Shown here one piece after another: positions 18,038-28,093 of a stretch of DNA of 64,000 bases; the stretch's first letter is position 1; every line of letters begins with the position of its first letter. The translations under genes were made by a program, and so were the position numbers. This DNA comes from Coprothermobacterota bacterium (GTDB taxonomy: Bacteria; Coprothermobacterota; HKB111), in the NCBI GenBank assembly GCA_037446255.1, contig JBBIIY010000002.1, positions 1,353 through 65,352 on the forward strand, written 5' to 3'. A model generated the notes under the pieces. It ran no database searches and was not told where the DNA came from. It saw only the letters and a program-made list of their open reading frames with translations.

Positions 18038-18362
18038 CGATTAATTCTATGCTTTCTATCTCTAATTCTCTACCTGCTCCATATTCAGTAATAGTTTTGC
18101 CGCAAAAAGGGCATATCCAATCATCAGTTTTAAAATAAACCCCACATTTATCACATAATAGTGAAGCCTCAATAATTTCGTAATGTATTTTGGCTCCCTC
18201 CAGGCTACTATTTTGAGAAATATTATCTAAATAGAAAAGTAATGATTCTGGTGAAACACTGGAAAACTCACCTATTCGCAGGTTCAATTGTTTGATTTTT
18301 TTTCCAGTTGACTCTCTATGGCAAATTTCTATTATTTCCCTGGCTAAGGAAAGCTCATGCAT
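18018..18362 (-). CDS. hypA: Hydrogenase nickel chaperone HypA
   Basis: MHELSLA, two CxxC motifs, GRELEI. Confidence 0.95.
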   Translation of the reverse strand: MHELSLAREIIEICHRESTGKKIKQLNLRIGEFSSVSPESLLFYLDNISQNSSLEGAKIHYEIIEASLLCDKCGVYFKTDDWICPFCGKTITEYGAGRELEIESIELIDETDAN

Positions 18363-18365
18363 AAT

Positions 18366-18842
18366 TTAACCGGTCCAGTTCTCTACCAGGTAAGTTATTT
18401 TTTCTGTTGCTTGTTTAGTCAGTATTTGAGTCATAGGGCTTAATCCTTCTCCTAAGTCAAAATCATATCCCTTAATGGACATAATATACCCTTTGGCAGA
18501 AGAACCGTATAGCTGTTTAGCAAGAGTCAATATGGTAGAAGGGCTAAGGGTATGAGAAAAACCAGGTCCTCTTCCTTCCTGGCTTATCTCCTTCAAAAAG
18601 ATATCCGAGACATCATCTTCAACTGAAGAATCAACAAAAATAACCAGCTTATAGGCACTGACAGTTTCTATCAGCTCTAAACCGAGCTCCTGTTGTATTA
18701 TAAAATCTGCAGGGAGATTACCAGGGAGAGACTCAACAGCTATAATACCTGCTCCATCATCTCTCCTGGCTGTATTCCCATATCCAATTATTAAACAGTA
18801 GTTCTTTTTGTTTGGTATATTTTCTATGTTATTATCTGTCAG
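18366..18842 (-). CDS. [NiFe]-hydrogenase maturation endopeptidase (HoxW-like); non-canonical start
   Basis: The frame extends 82 codons upstream of the ORF-track start and contains IGYGNTARRDDGAG, VIFVD and SH. No ATG/GTG/TTG precedes these motifs; CTG at 18842 is the likely start. Confidence 0.85.
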   Translation of the reverse strand: MTDNNIENIPNKKNYCLIIGYGNTARRDDGAGIIAVESLPGNLPADFIIQQELGLELIETVSAYKLVIFVDSSVEDDVSDIFLKEISQEGRGPGFSHTLSPSTILTLAKQLYGSSAKGYIMSIKGYDFDLGEGLSPMTQILTKQATEKITYLVENWTG

Positions 18843-18849
18843 AACCCTT

Positions 18850-20277
18850 TTATCCTTCTCTCTTTACTGTATCAAGAAGTATACCGTCGGTTGATTTCAG
18901 TTCTACCAGAAGGGGCATTTTCCCTATAGCATGGGTAGAACAAGAGAAACAGGGGTCATAACACCTTATAGCCCCTTCAACCATGTTAAGCATACCTTCT
19001 TTAAGCTTTTTACCATCTACGAAATTTTTAGCAACATCATCAACTGCCTTAGAAATTGCCCAGTTATTGTGTCCGGTAGAAACTATTAAATTCGCTTTTT
19101 GCATAACACCGTCTTCATCAATCCAGTAGTGGTGAATTAAAGTGCCTCTGGGAGCTTCTACAACACCCACTCCCTGGGTTTGAAGTTCTCCAGATATAGC
19201 AATAATGTCGCTAGATAGTACATCGGGGTCATTAAGTATTTGACCAACTCTTTCAGCCGAGTAAAGTAATTCAATCAGCCTGGCATAATGATAGACGAGT
19301 GAACCTTCAAGTGGCTTACCATTACCTAACGATTTATAGGTTTTCAATTCCTCGTTAGCCAGGGGCGTGGTAATCTTTTCAGCATTATTCACCCTGGCCA
19401 AGGGTCCTACACGATAAACGCCTTCCGGATAACCCAGTTTCTTATAATAAGGGAATTTTAGATATGACCAATCTTCTACTCTTTCTTCAATATAATCAAG
19501 ATAGTTAGCTGGTTTAAATCTTTCCCTAACTTTCCCTTCCGAATCTACTAATTTTAAAGTGCCATCATAAAGCTCAAGACTATCACCCTCATTTACTAAT
19601 CCAAGGTATCCACTGGGAAATTTGCCAAACTTTTCTATTGTATCCATATTAGCTCCTATCCAGGTCTTAGCAATAGAAATGCCTTCCTGAATATAAGCAA
19701 TCATGGTATCTAATTCTGAAAGAATGCTATCTCTAACTTCAGCAGAAAGCTGTGTATTTACCCCGCCTGGAACAGCAAAGGTGGGGTGGATTCTTCTTCC
19801 AGCAACTTTAGCAATGATTTCCTGTCCATATTTGCGTAGCTTGACCGCTTTTAAAGCTAATTCCGGGTTAGCTAAAACTAATCCTACCACATTTCTTAAT
19901 GCAGGATCGCTGTCCCAACCTAATAAAAGGTCTGGACCTGCAAGATGAAAGAAATGCATGGCGTGAGATTGAACATATTGACCCATATGTACGAGTTCGC
20001 GTAATAATTTTGCTGGCTTTGGGGGTTCTACACCAATTAAAGCATCGCAAGCTTTAGCGGCTGCTAAATGGTGACTTACAGGGCATATCCCACAAATACG
20101 CGGTGTTATTTGAGGCATTTCAAAATAAGGTCTTCCCTGGGTGAATTTTTCAAAACCTCTAAATTGGTCAACATTTACAAAAGTTTTATCTACCTTCCCG
20201 TAATCATTTAGATAAATGGTAACTCTGGCATGGCCTTCTATTCTGGTAACTGGTGAAATAGTTATTTTTTCGCCCAT
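18850..20277 (-). CDS. Group 3 [NiFe]-hydrogenase large subunit (HoxH/HydL-like)
   Basis: TRIEGH, L1 RICGIC, EAPRGTL, L2 DPCFSCSTH followed by a cleavable C-terminal tail. Confidence 0.96.
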   Translation of the reverse strand: MGEKITISPVTRIEGHARVTIYLNDYGKVDKTFVNVDQFRGFEKFTQGRPYFEMPQITPRICGICPVSHHLAAAKACDALIGVEPPKPAKLLRELVHMGQYVQSHAMHFFHLAGPDLLLGWDSDPALRNVVGLVLANPELALKAVKLRKYGQEIIAKVAGRRIHPTFAVPGGVNTQLSAEVRDSILSELDTMIAYIQEGISIAKTWIGANMDTIEKFGKFPSGYLGLVNEGDSLELYDGTLKLVDSEGKVRERFKPANYLDYIEERVEDWSYLKFPYYKKLGYPEGVYRVGPLARVNNAEKITTPLANEELKTYKSLGNGKPLEGSLVYHYARLIELLYSAERVGQILNDPDVLSSDIIAISGELQTQGVGVVEAPRGTLIHHYWIDEDGVMQKANLIVSTGHNNWAISKAVDDVAKNFVDGKKLKEGMLNMVEGAIRCYDPCFSCSTHAIGKMPLLVELKSTDGILLDTVKREG

Positions 20278-20286
20278 AGGTTCCTC

Positions 20287-20832
20287 CTAATCATATTTTA
20301 GTAAATCACCCTTTAAAACAGGTACTCTTCCTTCCAGCAATTCTTTAAGAGCAGTATAGATAGAATCAGCTGGAGGTGGGCAACCAGGTATAAAGAAATC
20401 AACTTTTACAATATCTTTAACTGCTTTTACTTTGGGGAGTAATTTGCCAAGTTCATCTGAGGTGGGAATTTTACCATTTTTAGTACTTTCTGTATCAATA
20501 TACCCTCTGGTAAGAAGTTCTTCTTTGCTAAAGTAGTTGCGCATGGTGGCAATTCCACCAAAAACAGCACAGTCTCCGATAGCGATTAATATTTTACATT
20601 TTTTTCTCAAATGTCTGGCTTCTTCTTCGTGAAGGTCTGTTCCAATAGCGCCTTCAATAATTCCAATATCTACCCCTTCTTCGGGTGGATGTTTTAAGTC
20701 AGTTACAGGAGTGGAGGTGAACTCCACGCCTGCCTGAATTAATTCAACAATTCTTTCGTCCATGTCAAGTATAGACATATGACAACCTGCACATGCTTCT
20801 AACCAGGTTGATGCAAGTTTGACTTTTGCCAC
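20287..20832 (-). CDS. [NiFe]-hydrogenase small subunit (HoxY/HydS-like, single cluster)
   Basis: ACAGCHMS, GDCA, IPGCPP; no signal peptide. Confidence 0.94.
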   Translation of the reverse strand: MAKVKLASTWLEACAGCHMSILDMDERIVELIQAGVEFTSTPVTDLKHPPEEGVDIGIIEGAIGTDLHEEEARHLRKKCKILIAIGDCAVFGGIATMRNYFSKEELLTRGYIDTESTKNGKIPTSDELGKLLPKVKAVKDIVKVDFFIPGCPPPADSIYTALKELLEGRVPVLKGDLLKYD

Positions 20833-20843
20833 TTTATCCTCCT

Positions 20844-22550
20844 TTAACCTAAAGCTTTAATTAGATCTTCAATAATGGCTTTGTCTGTTTTCACACCTTC
20901 GGGAGCTTCAATGATTGATGAAATAATCTGAGTTTTACCTTCTAAGTTGGTGATGGTTCCCGAGGTTTCCAGCCAGGTTGCAGAAGGAATAATTAAGTCT
21001 GCTCTTTCAGTCAGGGGTGAAACAAAATTGCTTATTACAATTAAATAACCAATATCTTTTAAGGAAGCCAGCAGGTTAGAGTCACCGCTGGAGTCAGAAG
21101 CTACTATTAAGGATACATCACTTTTACCAAAAGTACTATTTAATCCTTGCTTAACTGCTCCCATAGAGTTTGCTGACTTATAAAGTGGAAGAAAAACGGC
21201 TTTAACTTTCTCAAGAGTTTCTAAATCTGTTGATTCAACCTGGGGATTCAGAATTACGACAACTTTATTATTATTCCCGAGGGTGTTGACTAATTTACCA
21301 GCCTCGGAGGTCTTGAAGATTTCTGAAGCATAAAAGGATAAGGAATTTTCATCATCAGTAACAATATAGAGTTTAGCATCATTGGTTACTGCTCTTTTCA
21401 CCCAGGAAGCAACTACTCCGTGAGAAGTTGAGGGGTCAACTTTATAAAGTACTATAGCTTCTGCAGTAAGTATGTCTTCCAGGCAGCCATCACTGGATAG
21501 TTCAATTACCTTCTCGTTGTAATTTTCCATTAAACCAGTATTTTTAGATTTGAGAGAAGTTGAGAAAAGTTGATTAAAGACTTCAAGAGCTTCATTGGTA
21601 GCTTTAGGGCTAATAAGTCCGCCCGGGTTTTTAGCTTCTTTAAGTTTTAAAGCAGCTTTTTTAATAACATCCTCGTAAGTTATTAGTTCTCTTTTACCTT
21701 CTTGCCTGATTATTGGATGAGATACTCTTTTTCTTTTTTCATATAAGGGTGTAAATCTACCAAGTTCACAGAGGATTCCATGATTAACAGAAGATTCCCA
21801 ATCGCCCCAAATTTTTATCAAATGATTTGCTTTAGTAAAAGCTAAAATTCCACAACCCATACTACAGTTAGCACATACAGATTTTGTTTTTGTCATTTCT
21901 GCAGTTTTGCCTAGATAAGCACCAATCTTATCAGATAAGGAACCAGTAGGACATACTTGCACACAAACACCGCAGGAAACGCACGACGAAGCTTTAAGAG
22001 GACTTTCCATATCAGGTGAAAGCATGGTATGTGCGCCACGATTAACCATACCTAAAACATAGTGACCGGCCAAGTCTGAACAGGCACGAACGCATCTTCT
22101 ACATAGAATGCAGCGGTTGTGTTCTAACAGTATATATTTGTGTCCGAAGTCGGTAGGGAATTTATTCTGGTAAGGTGAGAAGGCAAAGTGGTCTATACCA
22201 TACCGATATCCCATATTTTGTAGTTCACAGTCTCCCGATACTTCGCAGTACATACAATAGTGGTTTCTTTCAGCAAATAGCAGGTTAAGAATAAACTTTC
22301 GTGTTTCTACAACCCGAGGTGATTCTGTTTCTACTTCTAAACCTTGAGTAGCTGGAAGAGTGCAAGCAGGTTGCAGTGTACCTTGCTTGGTTTCTACCAC
22401 ACAAAGCCTGCAGGCTCCAATAGGGTTCAATTGGTCATGATGGCATAAGGTGGGAATGTCTATACCAAAAGTCTTAGCTGCCTGCAATACTGTTAAACCT
22501 GGGTCTACTTCTATTTCATTTCCATTAATTTTTAACAATAATTTTCCCAT
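20844..22550 (-). CDS. NuoG/HydA-like Fe-S subunit with catalytically empty molybdopterin-oxidoreductase-like tail
   Basis: [2Fe-2S] CRLC, HYCMYC, two 4Fe-4S motifs (CILCRRC, CVSCGVC) and CANCSMGC. No H-cluster motifs. ATG 22550 follows GGAGG. Confidence 0.88.
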   Translation of the reverse strand: MGKLLLKINGNEIEVDPGLTVLQAAKTFGIDIPTLCHHDQLNPIGACRLCVVETKQGTLQPACTLPATQGLEVETESPRVVETRKFILNLLFAERNHYCMYCEVSGDCELQNMGYRYGIDHFAFSPYQNKFPTDFGHKYILLEHNRCILCRRCVRACSDLAGHYVLGMVNRGAHTMLSPDMESPLKASSCVSCGVCVQVCPTGSLSDKIGAYLGKTAEMTKTKSVCANCSMGCGILAFTKANHLIKIWGDWESSVNHGILCELGRFTPLYEKRKRVSHPIIRQEGKRELITYEDVIKKAALKLKEAKNPGGLISPKATNEALEVFNQLFSTSLKSKNTGLMENYNEKVIELSSDGCLEDILTAEAIVLYKVDPSTSHGVVASWVKRAVTNDAKLYIVTDDENSLSFYASEIFKTSEAGKLVNTLGNNNKVVVILNPQVESTDLETLEKVKAVFLPLYKSANSMGAVKQGLNSTFGKSDVSLIVASDSSGDSNLLASLKDIGYLIVISNFVSPLTERADLIIPSATWLETSGTITNLEGKTQIISSIIEAPEGVKTDKAIIEDLIKALG

Positions 22551-22552
22551 TT

Positions 22553-24172
22553 TTATAACCTCCCACATTTATTTGCTGGGCAATATCCAGTTTCTATGTG
22601 ATTTATAAATTCACTTTTAAAGTATTTTAAAGATTCAAGTATCTGGTTGGCAGCTGCCTGACCTAATCCACAAAATGAGGTATTTTTCATAACATTAGCT
22701 AAGTTTTCCATGAAATCAAGCTCATTAATTTCAACATTTCCAGAAGTAACCCTGTTAAGTAGATCTAAAGCTTTTGGTAAACCTACTCTACAGGGAACGC
22801 ACTTACCGCAGGATTCGTGATTGAAAAATGCGAGTAGATTTTTTAGGAAATCTATTACACACCTGGTTTCGTCTAAAACAAGAATTGCTCCAGAGCCCTG
22901 CCCTGCTCCGATTTTCCTTACAGAATTCCAATCAATTGGAACATCCAGGTGGTCGGGTGTGATAAAGCTTCCTGAGCTACCGCCAAGTTGAACTAATTTA
23001 AGGTTTTTACCACCTTTGATGCCGTAACCGATTTCGTATATAAGTTCTTTCAAAGTAAATCCAAAAGGTACCTCTATTACTCCTTTAGCATTTACATCTC
23101 CAAAAAGGGTGAACACTTTAGTTCCTCTTGAGCCTTCAACACCCAGACTTCTATACCATTCAGCACCTTTTAAAATAATAAGCGGTATGTTTGCGAGAGT
23201 TTCCACATTATTTATAACTGTTGGTTTTGCCCATAAACCTTCAGTGGAAGGATAAGGTGGTTTTGAACGAGGTTCTCCTCTCTTGCCTTCCAAAGATTCC
23301 ATTAAAGCAGTTTCTTCACCACATACATAAGAACCTGCACCTATTCTTACTTCTACATCAAAATCAAAATTAGTCCCTAATATATTATTCCCCAATAATC
23401 CAATTTCTTTTGATTGTTTAATGGCCAAGTTTAATCTGTCAATAGAGAGATCGTATTCTCCGCGTACATAAATAAACCCTTTATTAGCCCCAACAGCATA
23501 GCCTGCAATACTCATAGATTCAATGATAGAATGAGGATCACCTTCCATAATCACTCTATCTTTAAAAGTACCCGGCTCTCCTTCATCTGCGTTACAAATA
23601 ATATATTTTGGTTTTGCCAGGGCTTTAGCTGTTAATTCCCACTTAAAACCTGTAGGAAATCCCGCACCACCACGGCCTAATAGTTCTGAAGCTTTCACTT
23701 CGGCAATTACCTGCTCTGGTGTCATTGTTGATAAAACATGAGCTAAAGCTTGATAACCATCGTGGGCAATATACTCTTTAATATCTTCAGGGTTAATGAG
23801 TCCAACATTTCTTAGAATAATACGAGTTTGTTTCTTCATTATTTCTTCTTCAATTGGAACATCCATTTTCACTTTTGCTGGTAAGTCAATTTCATACATT
23901 AATTTTTTTACAGGTCTTCCTTTGAGGAAATGCTCTTCAACCAAATAAGGTATATCATCTATATTATTTATTACATAGACAAGTCCACCTGGATAAACAG
24001 TTAATTGCACTCCTTCTTCAATTCCCCAGCCACCGGTTCTAAGAATTTGCACCTCGTTTTCTAATCCTTTTTTGATGATTTCTTCCTTAAGTTTTGTTTC
24101 AACTTCAAAAGCTCCTCTAAGTATGCTTCTGGAATCGGTACTTAACAAAACATGAAGTCTATAAATTTTCAT
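22553..24172 (-). CDS. NuoF/HydB-like flavoprotein 2 (NADH-binding) with cysteine-free N-terminal thioredoxin-like domain
   Basis: GRGGAGFPTG, NADEGEPGTFKDR, CGEET, CGKCVPC; no C-terminal ferredoxin domain. Confidence 0.9.
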   Translation of the reverse strand: MKIYRLHVLLSTDSRSILRGAFEVETKLKEEIIKKGLENEVQILRTGGWGIEEGVQLTVYPGGLVYVINNIDDIPYLVEEHFLKGRPVKKLMYEIDLPAKVKMDVPIEEEIMKKQTRIILRNVGLINPEDIKEYIAHDGYQALAHVLSTMTPEQVIAEVKASELLGRGGAGFPTGFKWELTAKALAKPKYIICNADEGEPGTFKDRVIMEGDPHSIIESMSIAGYAVGANKGFIYVRGEYDLSIDRLNLAIKQSKEIGLLGNNILGTNFDFDVEVRIGAGSYVCGEETALMESLEGKRGEPRSKPPYPSTEGLWAKPTVINNVETLANIPLIILKGAEWYRSLGVEGSRGTKVFTLFGDVNAKGVIEVPFGFTLKELIYEIGYGIKGGKNLKLVQLGGSSGSFITPDHLDVPIDWNSVRKIGAGQGSGAILVLDETRCVIDFLKNLLAFFNHESCGKCVPCRVGLPKALDLLNRVTSGNVEINELDFMENLANVMKNTSFCGLGQAAANQILESLKYFKSEFINHIETGYCPANKCGRL

Positions 24173-24175
24173 CTT

Positions 24176-24640
24176 TTATTCCTCCATATAAGCATCAAGA
24201 ATCTCAGGTAACTGTGTAACAGTAACATTTTTATAAATATCACTATCTACCATCATGACCGAAGCTAAGCTACATAATCCAAGGCAGGATTGTTCTTCAA
24301 GAGTGAACTGACCATCACAAGTTGTTTCTCCAATACCTAAATTTAATTTCTCACTTATAGCTTCAACTAATGAATCATACTCTTCAAGTTTACAGGGAGG
24401 GCTAGAACATATTTTGATAATATGTTTTCCTCTGGGTTTTAGCGAGAACATAGAGTAAAAGCTTGCTGTAGAGTAAAGTGAACTAACTGGTATTTTAAGT
24501 TCCTTACTTACAGTTTTTAAAACTTCAGCAGGTAAATAATTATCAGAGAATAAATTTTGAATTTTATGTAATAAAGTTAGCAAAGGTTCCCCGGTCTCTT
24601 TATATTCCCTGATCAATTGTCCTACTTCTTCATTCTTCAT
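24176..24640 (-). CDS. NuoE/HydC-like [2Fe-2S] subunit 2
   Basis: ASFYSMF, CSSPPC, CLGLC. Confidence 0.9.
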   Translation of the reverse strand: MKNEEVGQLIREYKETGEPLLTLLHKIQNLFSDNYLPAEVLKTVSKELKIPVSSLYSTASFYSMFSLKPRGKHIIKICSSPPCKLEEYDSLVEAISEKLNLGIGETTCDGQFTLEEQSCLGLCSLASVMMVDSDIYKNVTVTQLPEILDAYMEE

Positions 24641-27600
24641 CTGTAACCTCCTTTACATCACATCTTAAACATCTACCACATTCAGTTATAACCTGTTTAG
24701 AGTTAAAAGATTTAACAACTTCTTTAAAATTACTTATTCTTTTAGCAGAAGAAAGCATTTCGGGTTCTTGCCTTTTAACCGGAACTTCTTCCTCGGGTGG
24801 AATTGCAAAAGCAAAGTCGTAAACTGTTTTAAGTTGAGAAAGCCGATCTTCACCACCATTAAAGAAAGCATCAATAGTTTTAGCAAACCTCTTTCCTTGA
24901 GACATAGAACCACTGACTGTGGCTGGACCGGTTACTACATCTCCTCCAGCATAAACCATAGGAATAGAACTTTCCAAAGTGTGGTGGTTAACAATAACCT
25001 GCCCATTCTTGGCTAATTGAATTCCAATTTCCATGAGTAAGCCTTCGGTTTCTATGGATTGTCCAACAGCAAGAATGACAGTATCACAATACTTCAATAT
25101 TTCCTCGTTAGTAGCAATAGGGACTCTTCTTCCGTTGTCGTCAAAATAACCGAGTGTCATTTTTGCGTATTTGATAGCTGTTACTTTACCATTTTCACCG
25201 ACTATGGAGGTGGGCGCACCTAATAAAATAAAATTAATGCCTTCATGTTCAGCTTCTTCAATTTCTCTGTGGTCAGCAGGCATATCTTCTTTTTCTCTGC
25301 GATAAAGAATGGTTACTTCCTTTGCTCCCAATCTTAGAGAAGACCTAGCTGCATCTATTGCCACATTACCTCCACCAATTACTACTACTCTTTCTCCTAT
25401 AACTATGGTTTCATTGCTATTCACCTTATCTAAAAATTCCAAACCTGACCAGACTCCATTAAGGTTACTTCCATCAATCTTCAGTGTTTGCCCCTTAGAG
25501 GCTCCTATGGCAACCAAAACTGCTGCGTATCCTTCGCGTTTTAGTTCTTCAAGGCTGATATCAATACCTATTTTGGTGTTTAGTTTAATATCTACTCCTA
25601 AATCGGTAATATTTTTTATTTCTTTCCTGAGTATTTCTTTAGGAAGTCTATATTCAGGTATAGCATACCTTAACATACCCCCAGCTTCACTTTTTGCCTC
25701 AAAAATAGTTACCTTATATCCAAGTTTAGCTAAGAAATAACCGGCTGTTAAACCTGCAGGTCCTGACCCTACGATAGCAACTCGGTGATTATTAGATGCG
25801 AGTTTCTTTACCCCTCTCTCTTTTAAATACAGCTGATACTCGTCCCAATGGCTGTAAACATAATCAACAATATATCTTTTAACATCATCAATAGCTACAG
25901 GAGTATCAACTTGATTTCTTCTACATACATGTTCACATGGACGATGACATACCCTTCCACAAATTGCTGGAAGAGGGTTCTCTTCTATTATCACACTGTA
26001 AGCATCAAATATTTTACCTTCAAGACAGAGCTGTAAATAAGCAGGAACATTCAAGTTGATAGGACATTCGTTTTCACAGGGAGATATCATTAGAGAATCA
26101 CAAACACCAGCAGGGCAACGCTTATCAATGATATGAGTTTCATATTCTTTTCGGAAATGTTTCAAAGTTGATAAAACTGGATTAGGAGCAGTTTGGCCTA
26201 ATCCACATAGAGATGTCTGCTTTATCATTAAGCCAATAGATTCAATTAAATCAAGGTCTTCCAGTTTTCCTTGCCCACGTGTTATTCTATTTAATATTTT
26301 TAATAATTCACGTGTACCCACCCGACAGGGAGGGCATTTACCGCAAGATTCATCAGCCGTAAAGGTTAGGAAAAATTTTGCTAAATCTACCATGCAACTT
26401 GAATTGTCAACGACTATTAACCCCCCTGATCCCATAATAGCCCCTATAGCTGCAAGAGATTCAAAGTCTAAGGGGGTATTTATCATATGAGAAGGAATGA
26501 CACCGCCAGATGGACCCCCAGTTAAAGCTGCTTTAAATTTTTCTCCTTTGGGGATACCTCCACCGATTTCATAAATAACATCTTTTAAGGGAAGTCCCAT
26601 CGGAATTTCTACCAATCCAGAGTTATTTACTTTTCCCGCAAGTGCGAAAACCTTGGTACCCGGCGATTTTTCCGTACCCATGCTCCTAAACCATTGAAAC
26701 CCGTGAAATATAATCAAGGGTATATTAGCTAAGGTCTCCACATTATTTATTACGGTTGGTTTATCCCATAGTCCTTTTTGAGCAGGATAAGGTGGTCTTG
26801 GTCTAGGCTCTCCTCTTTTACCTTCAATTGAAGCTAATAGAGCTGTTTCCTCTCCACATACAAAAGCTCCAGCTCCGATTCTAATCTCAATATCAAAGTT
26901 AAATCCACTGTTTAATATATTGCTGCCTAAAAGACCTTTATTTTTTGCTTCCTTTATAGCCCATTCCATCCTTTCTATAGCCAGAGGATATTCAGCTCTT
27001 ACATATACATATCCTTTGGTAGCACCAATAGCATAGGCGGCAATAGTCATTCCTTCAATTACGGAATAAGAACTACCTTCAAGTATACTCCTATCCATAA
27101 ATGCTCCTGGATCTCCTTCGTCAGCATTACAAATTATGTATTTCGGTGAGCCTTCAGCTTTACTGCAGAATTCCCATTTTAACCCGGTGGGAAATCCTGC
27201 TCCACCACGACCTCTAAGCCCTGAAGTTTTAATTTCTTCAATGACCTGTTGAGGAGACATCTCGTAAAGAGCTTTTGCTAAAGCGAAGTAGCCATCACGA
27301 GCGATGTATTCTTCTATCTTATAAGGGTCAATAGTTCCGCAGTTTTGAAGAACAAACCTTGCCTGTTTTTTAAAGAAAGGAACCTCATCTATTGTTGGAA
27401 TAACCTGGTCTTTTCCTGGTTCCGTAAAAAGCAATCTTTCAACTAATCTACCTTTCAAGAAATGCTCTTCAACGATATCTTTTATATCTTCAGTACCGAC
27501 TTTTCTATAGATAACGCCTTCGGGATAAATAAGTATCAAAGGTCCCTGTTCACAAGCTCCGCGACATCCTGTTTCAATTACCTGAACTTCATCGCTGAGG

Positions 27601-27707
27601 TTATAGTTTTGTAATTGTTCATTCAAAGCCTCTTCTAATGTCTTTGAGCCTGAACTGATACAACCCGTACCAGCGCAAACCAAAGCATGTATTCTAAATA
27701 ATTTCAT
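24630..27707 (-). CDS. NuoF/HydB-like flavoprotein 1 fused to a GltD/NfnB-like FAD/NADP(H) oxidoreductase
   Basis: N-terminal CAGTGC...GCRGAC, NADEGDPGAFMDR, CGKCPPC and H..CPAGVC; then PCENECP, CGRVC, GSGPAG, GGGNVA, YRR and C-terminal RCLRC. Confidence 0.92.
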   Translation of the reverse strand: MKLFRIHALVCAGTGCISSGSKTLEEALNEQLQNYNLSDEVQVIETGCRGACEQGPLILIYPEGVIYRKVGTEDIKDIVEEHFLKGRLVERLLFTEPGKDQVIPTIDEVPFFKKQARFVLQNCGTIDPYKIEEYIARDGYFALAKALYEMSPQQVIEEIKTSGLRGRGGAGFPTGLKWEFCSKAEGSPKYIICNADEGDPGAFMDRSILEGSSYSVIEGMTIAAYAIGATKGYVYVRAEYPLAIERMEWAIKEAKNKGLLGSNILNSGFNFDIEIRIGAGAFVCGEETALLASIEGKRGEPRPRPPYPAQKGLWDKPTVINNVETLANIPLIIFHGFQWFRSMGTEKSPGTKVFALAGKVNNSGLVEIPMGLPLKDVIYEIGGGIPKGEKFKAALTGGPSGGVIPSHMINTPLDFESLAAIGAIMGSGGLIVVDNSSCMVDLAKFFLTFTADESCGKCPPCRVGTRELLKILNRITRGQGKLEDLDLIESIGLMIKQTSLCGLGQTAPNPVLSTLKHFRKEYETHIIDKRCPAGVCDSLMISPCENECPINLNVPAYLQLCLEGKIFDAYSVIIEENPLPAICGRVCHRPCEHVCRRNQVDTPVAIDDVKRYIVDYVYSHWDEYQLYLKERGVKKLASNNHRVAIVGSGPAGLTAGYFLAKLGYKVTIFEAKSEAGGMLRYAIPEYRLPKEILRKEIKNITDLGVDIKLNTKIGIDISLEELKREGYAAVLVAIGASKGQTLKIDGSNLNGVWSGLEFLDKVNSNETIVIGERVVVIGGGNVAIDAARSSLRLGAKEVTILYRREKEDMPADHREIEEAEHEGINFILLGAPTSIVGENGKVTAIKYAKMTLGYFDDNGRRVPIATNEEILKYCDTVILAVGQSIETEGLLMEIGIQLAKNGQVIVNHHTLESSIPMVYAGGDVVTGPATVSGSMSQGKRFAKTIDAFFNGGEDRLSQLKTVYDFAFAIPPEEEVPVKRQEPEMLSSAKRISNFKEVVKSFNSKQVITECGRCLRCDVKEVTDEE

Positions 27708-27729
27708 AATTACACTCCTTAAACTAAAA

Positions 27730-28092
27730 CTAAGAAGATCTGATTACCCAATCTCCGATTATCTGGCTGTTAATTACATGTTCAACAACAATTCTTTTTG
27801 CCATTTCCATAGTTACCAGTCCATAAGTAACTTTAGGAAGACCAGGTTTTTCAACCGTTAAAAGAGGCTCTTTAGCATCAAGCCCAATAGAACCGGTTTG
27901 TAAAATTTCAACATCGCTGAAGTTTCTTGTTTCTAATTCATTAACTATTGTTTTGAGAACTTCTCGAGCTCCAGAAGCAATACCAGTTGTTCCCATGCCA
28001 ATGGTTATCTTCACTCTTTCTCCTTTATCTCTGATTTTCATATCATCTCTGATCTGGTCTCTTAATTTCTTTAAATCTTCTAATGACTTCAT
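27730..28092 (-). CDS. HydD-like thioredoxin-fold ferredoxin homolog lacking all cysteines
   Basis: GMGTTGIASGA and TGSIGLDAKEP align to the family motifs GxxTCGIAxGA and GCxGxCxxEP. ATG 28092 follows GGAGG. Confidence 0.8.
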   Translation of the reverse strand: MKSLEDLKKLRDQIRDDMKIRDKGERVKITIGMGTTGIASGAREVLKTIVNELETRNFSDVEILQTGSIGLDAKEPLLTVEKPGLPKVTYGLVTMEMAKRIVVEHVINSQIIGDWVIRSS

Positions 28093-28093
28093 T

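Noticed and set aside
18850-20832. Possible [NiFeSe] hydrogenase, given the selenoprotein nearby
   Set aside because: The L2 motif is DPCFSC with Cys codons, and neither subunit has an in-frame TGA.
20844-22550. Formate dehydrogenase or [FeFe]-hydrogenase catalytic subunit
   Set aside because: No H-cluster motifs; the molybdopterin-like region is short and lacks a recognisable Cys/Sec-His ligand motif.
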